Assembly (NCBI GenBank): GCA_965649765.1
Contig: OZ287758.1
Location: 41,912,001 to 41,976,000 of the forward strand
Length of the DNA: 64,000 bases
Reading direction: 5' to 3'
From: Bispira polyomma
Lineage: Eukaryota
A program made the translations under genes and the position numbers. Shown in pieces: positions 50,723-64,000 of the stretch (position 1 is its first letter; each line of letters opens with the position of its first letter). Below the pieces are notes generated by a model. The model was not told the DNA's origin, did no database searches, and saw only the letters and a list, made by a program, of their open reading frames with translations.

Positions 50723-52482
50723 AAAATGAGAGAGGTATGGTAATTAGGATATGTGTGTTTAATGGTCATATATGGTACATGACAAAATGAGAGAGGTATG
50801 GTAATTAGGATATGTGTGTTTAATGGTCATATACAGTACATGACAAAATGAGGGAGGTGGGGTAATTAGGCTATGTGTGTTTAAATTGTCATATATGGTA
50901 CATGACAAAATGAGGGGTGTGGTGATTAGGGTGTGTGTGTTTAAATTGTCATATATGGTACATGACAAAATGAGGGAGGTGGGTTAATTAAGATGTATGT
51001 TTAAATAGTCATATACGGTACATGACAAAATGAGAGAGATGTGGTAATTAGGGTGTCTGTTTAAATGGTCATATGCGGTACATGACAAAATGAGAGAGGT
51101 ATGGTAATTAGGATATGTGTGTTTAATGGTCATATATGGTACATGACAAAATGAGGGAGGTGGGGTAATTAGGTTATGTGTGTTTAAATAGTCATATACG
51201 GTACATGACAAAATGAGGGAGGTGGGTTAATTAGGATGTATGTTTAAATAGTCATATACGGTACATGACAAAATGAGAGAGGTGTGGTAATTAGGGTGTC
51301 TGTTTAAATGGTCATATGTGGTACATGACAAAATGAGAGAGGTGTGGTAATTAGGATGTGTGTTTAAATAGTCATATACGGTACATGACAAAATGAGGGA
51401 GGTGGGTTAATTAAGATGTATGTTTAAATAGTCATATACGGTACATGACAAAATGAGAGAGGTGTGGTAATTAGGGTGTCTGTTTAAATGGTCATATGCG
51501 GTACATGACAAAATGAGAGAGGTATGGTAATTAGGATATGTGTGTTTAATGGTCATATATGGTACGTGACAAAATGAGGGAGGTGGGGTAATTAGGTTAT
51601 GTGTGTTTAAATAGTCATATACGGTACATGACAAAATGAGGGAGGTGGGTTAATTAGGATGTATGTTTAAATAGTCATATACGGTACATGACAAAATGAG
51701 AGAGGTGTGGTAATTAGGGTGTCTGTTTAAATGGTCATATGCGGTACATGACAAAATGAGAGAGGTATGGTAATTAGGATATGTGTGTTTAATGGTCATA
51801 TATGGTACATGACAAAATGAGAGAGGTGTGGTAATTAGGATGTGTGTGTTTAAATGGTCATATACGGTACATGACAAAATGAGGGAGGTGGGTTAATTAG
51901 GGTGTCTATTTAAATGGTCATATACGGTACATGACAAAATGAGGGAGGTGGGTTAATTAGGGTGACTGTTTAATGGTCATATACAGTACATGACAAAATG
52001 AGGGAGGTGGGGTAATTAGGTTATGTGTGTTTAAATTGTCATATATGGTACATGACAAAATGAGAGAGGTGTGGTAATAAAGATGTGTGTGTTTAAATAG
52101 TCATATACGGTACATGACAAAATGAGGGAGGTGGGTTAATTAGGGTGTCTGTTTAAATAGTCATATACGGTACATGACAAAATGAGGGAGGTGGGTTAAT
52201 TAGGGTGTCTGTTTAAATGGTCATATACGGTACATGACAAAATGAGAGAGGTGTGGTAATTAGGATGTGTGTGTTTAAATGGTCATATACGGTACATGAC
52301 AAAATGAGGGAGGTGGGTTAATTAGGGTGACTGTTTAAATGGTCATATATAGTACATGACAAAATGAGGGAGGTGCGGTAATTGGGGTGTGTGTGTTTAA
52401 ATGGTCATATACGGTACATGACAAAATAAGGGGGGTACAGTAATTACGGTTGGTGTGCTTCCTTGGTCATATACGGTACATG
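50723..52482. repeat. ~60-bp minisatellite, about 29 units
   Basis: Unit ~ATGACAAAATGAG(A/G)GAGGT(A/G)TGGTAATTAGGAT.TGTGTGTTTAAATGGTCATATACGGTAC. Confidence 0.97.
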
Positions 52483-52767
52483 AGCTGCACATACTTGAGT
52501 TGACACTTGGGATGAGATCCAATTTGAGCCTGATTATCTTATACGGCACCTGTTGATACATAGTTGGGTCTTGTTGATTCCATAGCCTTCTAAACATGAG
52601 ATTTGCCAATTTCAGCCATTTATTAAATATGTGTAATATTATTTACATGCCAAAATAAAATATATATAATACGGTTAAAACTATCAAATTTGCGAACCAA
52701 GAATGCCACAATATCATTGTTAAAGTAATTCTACAGAACACATTTTAAGTCTTTATTGACAAGCTTC

Positions 52768-53297
52768 TGGGCCCGTATTTATTAACAGACTTAGCCAAGT
52801 CTTAAATCTAGTATACTGTAATATCTGTGTATATCAGCACATTAAACATTCATGCTTCCGGGGTTTCCCCTTTAGCTCGACTGTTACTGTACTGGACAAT
52901 AAATATTAGATGCATGACAACCCAGGATCGAATCCCAGCAGTAGCAAGCCTCTTTATAAGTTTACAGCAGAGCCATATTATTTTTGTTGTTAACATGGTG
53001 GAGTTTAGTGGCAAGAGCCCCTTTCTAACCCAAGTGAGTAAGTAGACCTAATGTTGTAGTAATATAATAGCGGAGGACTGGTCTTCATGAGGGAGAGACA
53101 CGTAATATCCATGTATATCAGCACATTAAATACACAAGCTTTTGAGGTTTCCCCTTTAGCTCAACTTTTAGTGTACTGGAGTATTAATCTCAAGATCCAT
53201 GACAACCTAGGATCGAATCTCAGCAGTATCAAGTCTCTTTATAAGTTTACAAAACCTTTTTGCCAGATTTAAGCCTAAGACTTGGCTATGTCCTGAT
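52768..53297. mobile_element. MITE-like element with an internal ~140-bp direct duplication
   Basis: Inverted ends GACTTAGCCAAGTCTTA / TAAGACTTGGCTATGTC; 52826-52965 is repeated at 53111-53250. Confidence 0.6.
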
Positions 53298-54262
53298 CTC
53301 GTTTTCATTGTACTTACAACAGGAATATTCTAAAATAATAGGCATACACCCACTGTCTACTGAGTATATTGAACAACTCCAATATCAAACTAATGAATGA
53401 AACCCTCAGACATCAAATGGTGAAATACACATGTACTTTATTTATATTGCCTTTCTGCATCCACATGTTGAAATTACTAAATGATAGTCAATTGTATGCA
53501 GTAAAGTGAATGTCATGTTAAACATGTGTAACCATTATTCTTTGTATCATGAGTGATTGAAGTATGGTTTTACAAATACCTGGACAAAAAAATTCATATT
53601 GTACTAAACATAATATAGTGAAATTGGTAAAAAATATACATGCAGAGATACACAAGTACTTTCCTAATACACGTTGAAGTAATACTCATATATTATGAAA
53701 ATAGAAATTTACAATTTACAAATTAATACAAGCTATATATATTTGCTAATCAGCTTTGACAGTGACCAATTAAATGCCAGTAAAAATTTAAAACATTTGT
53801 GAACAAAACTGTTTAATGGTGAAAATAGTCAAAGTTAAATTTCTTAAAAATTACAAATTAGAGAAAATTACTGCCAGCTAAAATTTCTACTTATACCGTG
53901 CTGTAGTGTTAAAGAGACCATTCACATGGGACGCATGACAAAATAATGCTACACTGAGTCTACTCTTATAAATATATCTTTGTATCCTAAATATGGGACA
54001 TACATATAGTACTCTACGTCTCAAATCTCAAATAACATAGTGTGAGGAATGTAAAATTTACTACTTTATCTGAAATTCGCCACCCCTAAAATTTAAGCCA
54101 AATTAATAAAAACTGCCGAAAAATAGCTGGAATTTAGGGTAAGTAGGGCAAAATAGTTGCAAAAATCTTAATTTCAGCAAATATTAGATACAATTCTACC
54201 AAAAACCCAACATTTTCTTGGTGGCCACTTTTAGATACAGTGGCTAATTTTATATTACTAAA

Positions 54263-54428
54263 TCGGGAACTAGATCTATCCGTGCTCACCCGCACCAATG
54301 CCCATACTGGTCAAAGCCAAATTCTACAGATGCAGACGGAAATGATTAACTGTATCGCTACCACCCGTGAATATATACAAAGGTGCGGAATGTATGCGAA
54401 TGAGCACATATAGGTCTAGTTCCAGACT
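54263..54428. mobile_element. Small MITE-like inverted-repeat element
   Basis: GGAACTAGATCTAT..GTGCTCA / TGAGCAC..ATAGGTCTAGTTCC. Confidence 0.55.
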
Positions 54429-55244
54429 CTGATACTTCTTTTTTGATCTGATTTAAAACGTTTGAAAGATTTCTTTCACTACATTTACTGTAAAATATAG
54501 TTGATGTAACTTTTTTATAACCAGAAATACTAGACTTTTGAATCTAGCTTTTGATTCTAATCTTGAGATCTTTCAGAAGCTTTACCTGATATATAGTAAA
54601 AAAAACACACTGATGTTGGTATAATCCACAAATGTTATTTCTTGTCCAAAAGTTGTTTTATCCATTCAATCACACAAAAAGTATCATGTTAAACTCCACA
54701 TTATGCCACAGTGATTAATTTCACCCAAATATAGACATATACATTGCTATGCTGATATTATGTAAGATATGAAATCTTTTTGCCCATTCTAATAGATATA
54801 CAAAAAACTTCTTTATAGTACTCATGGAGGAATATCATATGCTTCTCTATATTTCTATATATGTTTGCAGAACGTGTAAATTGAACAACTTGGGTTTGTC
54901 CTTCACTTGACAGCATATGAATTCTCTAAAACAAGAGTAGTCTTTTAAAAAAGACATTGGCCCACAGTGTTACTGATACCCCTAAGTTGGGCCGGGTTGA
55001 TCATTTACAGCCACTCCATAAAGACCTTACATAATATTCCCATCATCAGACTGTGCCTTATAATCGCCTGATAATATAAATCTGGCACTCCCTCAGGTTA
55101 GCCAGGTCGATTATATCAAACCAATCCATGAAGGCCTGACATATTTAAAATGAAATGAAATTGTTCATTTGTTATAGTGCACTTACAGAACACAGCGTCC
55201 TTTCAAAAGGGCTTCCTCATGGGCAGCCACTATGGGCGCTGAGG

Positions 55245-55482
55245 TGCTTGAGGATGACCATTTATCAACGTCCTCAATGATCTTTAATCTGCCACTGGAG
55301 ATATTACTCAGTGACAGAGGACCGCCATTTTAAGTGGTCATCCAAGCTAATGGGCAAACTTGTGTTCACATCTTGAGTAAGGATGTTATCCCACCAAATG
55401 AAACTAGAGACCGGTACCGGGAATAGAACCGGGGACCTTCTGATTATCAGATCAACACCCTAACCACTACACCATGGGGATC
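55245..55482 (-). mobile_element. tRNA-derived SINE family 4 (CORE-like plus Nin/Deu-like domain); relatives near 17785-17990, 46255-46470, 57370-57465, 9735-9840, 43515-43620
   Basis: Same head as family 3, then GGATGACCACTTAAAATGGCGGTCCTCTGTCACT...TAAAGATC. Confidence 0.65.
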
Positions 55483-56005
55483 ACAATATTTCCAACATGG
55501 CTGCGCCCTTTTCTAAAATTAAATCAATATGAGGCTAAAAAAAGTCTTGTCCATGTACAGATTTTCAAACAGGTTAGCATGTAGTCCCCCCCTTAAGTTA
55601 TTATATTGTATGAAAATGATACACTAAATTACCTAAATGTGTTTTGGAACAGAATGTTTATGTGTTTTTTTCTTCAACTCTGTAAAAAAAATAATTGGCT
55701 GTAATTTATACCTAATAAATCTGTCAAAAAGAAATATAATGTAGAATTCTATTTACTTTTATAAAACATGAATGGGGGTGAAACCTCAAATCACCTTTAA
55801 CATCGAGTCAGGTTAGATCTAGTTCAGGGACACCAGTGAATAAGAAAGCCAGGAGGGGGGGGAACTATGAGTTTATTATTAGCACACCAAATCTGTTATA
55901 CAGGTCTAGATAATAAACAAAACACAAATAAATATCCTAATAATAAACACTACATCACTGGCCACAAAACAACCTGGATTAAATACACAAGTTAAGGGGG
56001 GATGA

Positions 56006-56241
56006 TACTGGTGCCGTAACAGGTAAGCCAACAATTAAGGCCCACTCATTGTTTCAGTGGAGATAAATCTTTAAATATTGCTTTTCAATATATTTTCAAT
56101 GCACCTCTCCATTTAGTGTGGCGTTTTGTTTTCAATACCACATTATTTGTAATAAAATATCAATGCTTATCAGAGATATTAACCATTAATTTCAGGGTGG
56201 GCCTTTACTGCTGGCGGGCCTTAACTGTTACAGCAGCAGTA
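56006..56241. mobile_element. MITE with ~40-bp TIRs and TA flanks
   Basis: TACTGGTGCCGTAACAG...AAGGCCCAC / GTGGGCCTT...CTGTTACAGCAGCAGTA. Confidence 0.65.
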
Positions 56242-56505
56242 CAAGTTTGATACATACACGATGCCTGTTGGTTAGTAGTGCACAACATATTTAAAGTTTA
56301 AACTCCATTACTAGAACAACAAAGATAAGATAAACTAAGATCCAAACACTTAGCTGCAATATATAATAAAAATATACTGTTACATATAACACCAACGTCC
56401 ACTCAATGATTTATAAAACCATAGCACACACTTCCATATGATTTGACCTCATACTGCATCATAGTTAACCAGAATGTTATAAGGGGGAAAACCCCATACT
56501 GGTAG

Positions 56506-56730
56506 TAACCTTGACACTTTAGCACTGAAGGTCACACCATTATTAACCATGACACTTTGTTTCTGAAGGTCACACCATTATTAACCTTGACACTTTCTTA
56601 CTGAAAGTCAGACCATTATTAACCTTGACACTTTGTTACTGAAAGTCACATCATTATTAACCATGACGCTTTGTTACTGAAGCTCACAGCATTATTAACC
56701 TTGACACTGTGTTACTGAAGATCACACCAT
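56506..56730. repeat. 38-bp minisatellite, 6 units
   Basis: TAACCTTGACACTTTGTTACTGAAGGTCACACCATTAT repeated. Confidence 0.95.
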
Positions 56731-56785
56731 CTTATATAGAACTGCCATATATCATAACAATTATAGTGACAGAATAACTCACCTT

Positions 56786-57012
56786 AGTCGTGGTGGCCTA
56801 GTGGTTAGAACGGTTAGATTTACAATTACTGGCCTCTCATCAATGTGGGTTCAAATCTCTTTTGTTTCTTGATGTGATAAAGTTTGTCAGGTACTTAGTG
56901 TAGGTCGGTGGTCTAAATGAGAATGCTTCAGTACTGGTTTATTGCACCATTCAACCTGGCCATTATAATATGACCTAAGCTGTTAGATGTGACGTAAAAC
57001 CCAACTAAATTC
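56786..57012 (+). mobile_element. tRNA-derived SINE family 2 (Meta-domain-like). Other copies near 4776-4950, 40715-40935, 63770-63900 (+) and 10800-10980, 26650-26820, 35275-35450, 46860-47010 (-)
   Basis: tRNA head, ATGTGA.AAAGTTTGTCAGGTACTT..GGTCGGTGGT core, GACGTAAAAC tail. The Meta assignment is from remembered consensus, not a search. Confidence 0.7.
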
Positions 57013-58215
57013 AAATGCAAATTCATAATAGAAATCAAGAATAATATTAGTCATAGTCCAATAGATAGCAACACGTACAAACACGTTTTTAAAAAAAAGT
57101 GTGGCATTATCATTTGGTTATGTAGACTTTTGATAAAATAAAGCACACTTAAGCATACAGGTATTTGCTTGGTCAGATTATGAAAAAATATGTTATCATG
57201 TGGTCATTTCAAATTACGGTCAATGTACCTATCTGCAGGGGTTATGTCAACAACTTTAAGTTACAGGTAAAGTCTTTAAAATTGCGCCTGACTAAAAAAA
57301 GGCATTTGTTACTCGACCCTGACCCTATGATTTATTTTCTAGTCAGACAGACTTTTAAAGACTGAAGACAGAGGCTTGAGGATGACCATTTATCAATGTC
57401 CCCATTTAGCTTACCATTGGTGATATAACTTAATGGTAGATGGCCGAAATTTTAAGTGGTCACCCAAATCACTATATACCTGTAGCTGGTTGTTCCAGAT
57501 TTTGATAAAAAGCCTATTTGTTCCTGTGTGGACACATGTACTTGTACAGTATAGGAATACAGAAAGTAAGCGGTGCCTTTTACAAAAGGGTATACATCAC
57601 TATACAACAGCAAAATGGTATAGACCTATTACAAAATGACACAAATCTGTCAATAATTTGGCTAACCATACTCATTATAGTTTCATCATATATATTGTTT
57701 TATAAAGTATTCAGTAGTTAACAACATAGATTCCAGCTCCTGTTATCAGGCGCAGCCTGATATTGTTTTAGAACATAAGTAAGGCCTTCATGGATAGTGT
57801 GGAAGCACGTGACCCGGCCAAAACTAATTGGTGTCAGATTTATAGTTATAAGGCGCAGTCTGAGGTATATACTGGCCATATCAACGTTGGTATATTTCAC
57901 ACAGTGCGCCTGTGTCCTTTTAAAATGACAACTTTTGTGATTTGTGTTGATTTCAAAGTGGACAGTGAAACAGAACAACACTTTATATGTTAAACAAACC
58001 CATATTCAATGACATACATGTCTATTGGCAATCAGTATTGATAGTACAACCAAATCAATTGAATGCCTTTTTAGTCTTCACTGCAATTCTAGCCCCAGTT
58101 TTCACAAAACCCCACTTAAATTCGTAGGTATCATGTATTGTGGAGCCATTAGGAATGGCTGCTATACTGTTTTAATAAGGACCTTCACTAGATTATGGTG
58201 GCATACTTATTCCCG

Positions 58216-59029
58216 TGTTACATATAATAGCACTCTGCTAGAGTGATCTATTTATAGATTTGGAGAAAACCCCTTAGCTTATAGAAGCTGGTTCTGTGTC
58301 GTGTTTTTTATTGGAGTTGTGTTGAACTGTTTACATTTCTTTCCGCAGTCTTGTAGTAACTGTTGTTTACATACTTTCTATTATATATAAAGGTTGAAAG
58401 CCAGGCCACAGACTGGAGTTTGTTGAGTTAGTATGCTATGTGGACTGCTATATAGTGAAACACTTTATTTCTGTGTCAAGTGATATAAACTGGTTATTAT
58501 ATACTTTTTGTGGTGAACTCATTGGAGTGAACTGGATATAAAGTTAAGGGTTAACTGGAGAGTGGAACTGCTACATATTGGATATTGTTTGCATCCTGAA
58601 CTTGCTTAGTTGTGCAGACTCTCTTGATATATACATTTTGTGTTTGTGGACCCCAAACAGATAACAGGATACAGGCATTGTTTGTTAGTGGACACCGTGC
58701 GGATTTTAAAACAGATTGCTGAAAACAGTGGACAAAAATGTTTAACTGTTATTTACATAGACAGGATTGTGGTCAGGTTAGATTGGTTTCGTTGTTGCAT
58801 TGCTGTACTGTTATATGAACTATTAAGAGTATCTTAGTTGACTGTAATTGTTATTTTAATTATTAAATAAATTTGTTAAGTGGAATTTTTCTTTTTACCT
58901 GTTGCAACTTTAAAGCAATTTACTTTAAAGTAATTACTACCGCTCTTGCTCCCTTTACCATAACACCCTGGCAGTAGAAAAACTTTTGTTGTCAGCAGCC
59001 TATACTAAGGATTTACCAGGGTTTTATCA
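58216..59029 (+). mobile_element. Possible solo LTR
   Basis: Starts TGTTACA, ends TTATCA, with internal TATA-like and AATAAA sequences; no TSD recognised. Confidence 0.3.
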
Positions 59030-61015
59030 AACAGGAGTAGTGGTTCACTAAGAATTGTTCATCAATGCTGCCTCTCCCATTGGCGGTATTCTATCTAAAA
59101 CCCTGAAGCTCAACTCAGACCTAAGCTCAAATGAAAGCTTTGTAGATGTATTTGTATAACCTTCAAAGGTCCATCTGGAAATCATTATTAAAGTGGCGAT
59201 GCATAGTTTTGGGCCATTTTATTGGGGTGTTCCATATTGCTGACTATTAAAGCGCTGATGTGTAATTTGAGGCACCTTTTCAACCTTCGTAGTGCAGGCT
59301 GGGCAATTTAATGGAAGAGCCACAAAAGTGCATTTCAATGTATAATTGCATATGCATACTCTGATTTCTGAGCCACAAGGTGCACATTGGCTCCTTCATG
59401 AAATTTTCCCCCCCGACACTATTGTATTATGGATTTTTAACGTGCCTTATTGATGCGAGGGATCATCATCAACATCAGTAAACCAATTGAGAAGTCTAAA
59501 ATCATTGCCAAGGTAGTAAGGAAGGATGTGGGGGTATACAGGTAGGGAAACTATGGAGGGTGGGGAGTTTTACGTTGTTTTCTATGAAGGTTGAAAAAAG
59601 TGTTTTTAATTACTCTACGCCACTTTATTAGTGATTTCTAGTCGGAATTATGAAGCAACAAAATAAAAAAAAAAAAAAAAAGAAGGAAAGGGCAGCAACT
59701 TAAGGGTTAGACTTTCAACATTAATTTCTAAGTCAATACAATGAAGACCTAAAATGGCCCAAAATTGCATATCGGAGCTGTAAAATGTATGGAAATAGCC
59801 TATGGATATTTATGTTTGAAGAGGTGGCAGTAGCACTGAATTCAAATATTTAGTCCAGCCTGAGATATGGGGAGAGCAGAGGTCAGCTTTATTATCTAGA
59901 TGTTTACATCTAGATTATATTATAGAGAGAATCCAATTTTTAGGACAGCACTTTTTACCATTTCCTTTTATAATTTTCACTTCATTTTTTGTACTTAAGA
60001 CTGTTTGGTACTAAGGATGATGACCATTCTATAATATATCTATATTTTTTTAATTTGTTTGTTAAATACGTTTAGTACTTTGGTCTCGTAATTACTGCAT
60101 TGTTCCTTATATCTTTTCTCGCTTCAAGGTACATGTCAACAAAGTTAGATATACAAGGAAAAGTATGGGTTTGCAAATATATATATGATATATATACACC
60201 TATACCGATGGGATATCTGATTTTCTGTTGAATTTCTTCTAACTGGCGAGAACACACGCTTTTTCACTTTGGTTTCGACCGCTAGACGGCGCCACACTAC
60301 AGTATTTCAGATACTCGGTACTAGTACATAAATTTTAACTATGTGCGTAGCAAAAACTGAGAAATGCTTCATTATTATTAGAAAAGCAAGATGGATGGAT
60401 ATCTCAATAGATGTACCCTTAAATGTATGTATATATGTCTTACCCCATATGCACATATAGTTGCTTTAATCCATCACAATTTGTTTAGTTTGCATTACCT
60501 CCAGCATATCAAGTCAAGGTCAGACCTCTCAGACTGGTTAATTGAAGCGTAAGAAAAGTACCAAGCACCAACTTCCATATAAGGAGATTAAACTGTTCAT
60601 GTAAAACAGCAGTACATACAAATAGGCCGTGTGTTTATCTATCTGTGTACTTACCAGTACACAACTTCGGTTACTGCAAATATAACAGATTTAAAAGGTA
60701 AAGTATATAGATATATGAAAGAATATATATTACTCGTTTTATATAACAATTTTTTTCATTACAATTAACTAAATAACCCTGCCTTGTTGTACACCATTTC
60801 TACGCTTTAATTATTTTTATGACAAAATATATAATATACAGGCACACAACGTTCTCATATAATTTTCAAATCCAACCTTCGTTTTTAATATTCTCTGTAT
60901 ATATGTCGGTTAAAAGTTCTGTTAATTGCTTCCTTCAAATATGATACACCAATATATGTTCCCCAGTCGAGGATATATTCAAGGAAGAAACGTAGTGAAT
61001 ATATAAAATTATATG

Positions 61016-62387
61016 GTTGCATACCATTTCTACTCGTCAACATTTTCGTTTAAAACGAAAATCGAAGGGATTAATATACAGGTAAATACATTATATCCCC
61101 TTCATTTTATAATACACTGTTTAATATTATTATGCTGCACTGTATATATTTTTGAGCAATTCGCCATTTTTTTAAACCCCAAGTATATACATATCCATCT
61201 GTTTCCTTATACTGAAAGATTAGTTCTGGTGACGTCATTATGACGTTTCATATACAGTACATGGGATTCATGTTTGACAAGTTTCATCGATTTATAGATT
61301 AATTAACTGACCTTGTTTTTTATTACGTCTGTGACTGATATATACATCAGAAGTGAAGCACATGTATGTGAACCATAATAAAGAGAAGTCTTTGCAAGTT
61401 TGACAATCACCTGAGAAAGCTCCCAACTTCTATATAAGGATATTTAACTGTGTGAACTTTGACTGGACAAGAATGGCCAACATATATTACCTTACATCTA
61501 CACATATATACCTTGTAAGGAAGATAGACGTAAACAACAGCTGATTATTGTTTACAAAAAAGTCACATGGACTTCTATACGTAGTGAACACTTTAACAAA
61601 AAATGAATACTTACTTGCAAATAGACCCTTAAACATTAAATATATTGTAGTTTGATATGTGACTGAAATATATCCAGTTATATAATCACAATTTACTAAA
61701 ACAGTTTAGCATAACACGAAGCCGTTCTGTACTTCTATCTATGTACTTCTTTTTTTATTAATGGATGTGTATATACTTTGGGTTTAAAAAAAAGAGGAGG
61801 AGCACCCTATGGCACCAATTTCCATATAAGAATATTTAATTTTGACTCGGCAGTAATCGCCAACAAAAAAAACGAGTCCAACAATCTCAGAAAAAACGGG
61901 TCGAAACGTCATGAAGGTCAAAAGATCTGGATTCCTGTCCACGAACTATATTTATTTATATACAACAAATAAAATGAAAATAGAAGGATATATCAAAGGC
62001 AATACGCAGTCAGCATCGTCATTCAAATATATATTGTTTTCTCGACATACTTCCTGTGAAGCACACTGATGGATTTGAATGTATACTTGGGGTGAAGGTC
62101 GTTGCAGAATAGTAAACAACACATGTCGTTGCATACCATTTCTACACTTCAACATTTTCGTTTAAAAATTGAAGGGTTTAATTTTCAGGTAAATACTTTA
62201 TATCCCCTTAATTTTATAATACACTGTTCAATATTATTATGCTGCACTGTATATATTTTTGAGCAATTCGCCATTTTTTTAAACCCCAAGTATATACATA
62301 TCCATCTGTGTCCTTATACTGAAAGATTAGTTCTGGTGACGTCATTATGACGTTTCATATACAGTACATGGGATTCATGTTTGACAA
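61016..62387. repeat. Direct duplication of ~260 bp (61016-61280 and 62128-62387)
   Basis: Near-identical blocks ~1.1 kb apart, each with TGACGTCA. Confidence 0.92.
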
Positions 62388-63206
62388 ATAAAAAAATATG
62401 TATCGAAATAAAACGAAAGGAAATGGATGGAAATCTGAAGAAGTAAGAAACAATATTTTGCTTTATATCTTCATGCTATTTCCATAATATTTCCTTATTC
62501 TACAAATGTATAATATACTCGCAGTAACTCAAGTACATACACAGATTTTAACCGCTCAGAATATGGGCGCAGTTTAGAAAATATGGCTTGACAATTCGAT
62601 TTTCTTAAATAACCTTTAATTTATTTCTATTTTCGAAGTAAAAAAGCAAGATTTCGGAACACAAGAAAGGGTAATATAATAACATGATAAACTCTTTATT
62701 ATGTCACACAAATATACATTAACATTTCTAAAATTTACCTTTCGTCCATTATTCCCTTCAATTTGCTTTTCAAATATATCCCATGTGTTTCCAAATTGCA
62801 CAATATTTATTGTTATGAAGCGTCACGTGTGTGTGATGAGCCAATCATAATCGCTGATACAGTAACCAATGAAATCGCTTCATACAAACACACATTAGCC
62901 ATCAATAACCAAGATGGAGTCGTAGGTAAACAAAGCAACTTCTGTGACATACCAAAACATATAAAATATGTTCAGTCTTAGTTATTAATCTAAATAATGG
63001 CCTTAAAGTTTGACAGAAGATGCACAAGTATTTATTCTTTGTAAAAATATTTACTTTGTTGTTAAAGGGCAAGATTTCCATTGAACCTTTGTCATAATTG
63101 TGACCAAAATATTGAAATAAAATGGTGTTTGTACTGTTTAATTAGGGTTACACTGTCACAACTTTTGTCTTATTTTGAATTGTGCTGGAAATTTTCTACA
63201 GACAGT

Positions 63207-63430
63207 GGGCCCCGTATTATTCAAATATACTCAAGCTGCTCAAACTCAGCCTTAAATGAAAGGAAGTCATTGAGACATGCAACAAATCTATACTTTTGAC
63301 CATTCATTTTAATAGAGTCTTCAGTGCTAAATTCAAATATACAATTAGATTTTACTGGCTGGAGATATGTGGGGACTTAAGAGTTGACCTGGAGTCTGAG
63401 TTGAACATAAGATCTTTTGAGGATACGGCC
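63207..63430. mobile_element. MITE-like element (GGCC.GTAT ends; CTCAACTCAGAC family, remnants at ~31570, ~50285, ~59105)
   Basis: Inverted ends plus a subterminal motif shared by several sites. Confidence 0.5.
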
Positions 63431-64000
63431 AACAGGTGTGGATATAGTGTAGTGGAGGCTTTTATCTGAGAGATCTTTTGAAATGCCGGATATCTTCCAC
63501 TGAGTCTGGTAGCGGTTCATGTCTGGTCTCTGGTAGGATCAATACAAGTCCTCCGCACAGCAGGGAGGTGGTTCCTATGAAAACTGAAGGCATTGCTGGG
63601 TAACTACGGGCCTAGAGAAATAAGACACATGTGGCAATAGGTGTATTGGTATGCTTGGCCAAAACAAACTTATTAATGTAGTCTATTGCTTTATCTCAAC
63701 ATTGGTTAAATCATTGATACTGAAGTGAACATATTCTCAGTTTTGATATATAAGAGACTATCCTATCCTCCGTGTTGCAAAGTGTGTCGGGTACTTGCCA
63801 TAGGTAGGTGGTTTACAGTGCTTCGGAACTGGTTTCTTCCAGCATTAAAATATGGCCATCGTGCTATGACCTAGGCTGTTAAAAGTGACGTAAAACCAAA
63901 CTGGATAATGAATTTTGGTTAAAATTGCTACATAAATTAAGCTCCCATAATGTTTAATTATTTGTATGCAATTCATACTAACAGGTTCCATGCGGTTGCC

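Noticed and set aside
50723-52482. Cys/His-rich repeated ORFs, or a CRISPR-like array
   Set aside because: Head-to-tail units without unique spacers; variable unit length breaks the frames; eukaryotic context with no cas genes.
61013-62350. Duplicated 76/82-aa hydrophobic ORFs as small proteins
   Set aside because: They simply follow an AT-rich DNA duplication, with different starts and no recognisable domain.

Overview
AT-rich animal genomic DNA, not prokaryotic. It has spliceosomal introns, and its SINE/LINE/MITE repertoire suggests a lophotrochozoan, probably a mollusc (inference). The window is a minus-strand tandem array of SLC22-family (organic cation/anion transporter, MFS) genes. Copy B (50022->32144) has 12 coding exons and a 567-aa product reconstructed by hand. 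Copy A (19864->past position 1) has the same exon lengths and is cut by the window edge. A more diverged pseudogene C lies between them (exons 5, 6, 9, 10, 11 at 20221-27735). Introns carry a near-complete tyrosine-recombinase (DIRS order, Ngaro-like) retrotransposon, a decayed relative of it, L2 LINE pieces, tRNA-derived SINEs, Tc1-type elements and MITEs, minisatellites and a decayed C2H2 zinc-finger ORF. Most interesting: (1) both YR elements have a phase-1 splice acceptor right after the RNase H stop, and gag has a matching phase-1 donor, predicting a spliced Gag-YR fusion; (2) copy B intron 6 is rebuilt from tandem copies of the exon-7 acceptor, and every decoy acceptor leads to a stop; (3) an intronic ZnF + TQT-motif (ASCIZ-like architecture) ORF; (4) A/B amino-acid divergence concentrated in TM7/10/11. 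All exon boundaries were read manually; nothing was confirmed by database search.
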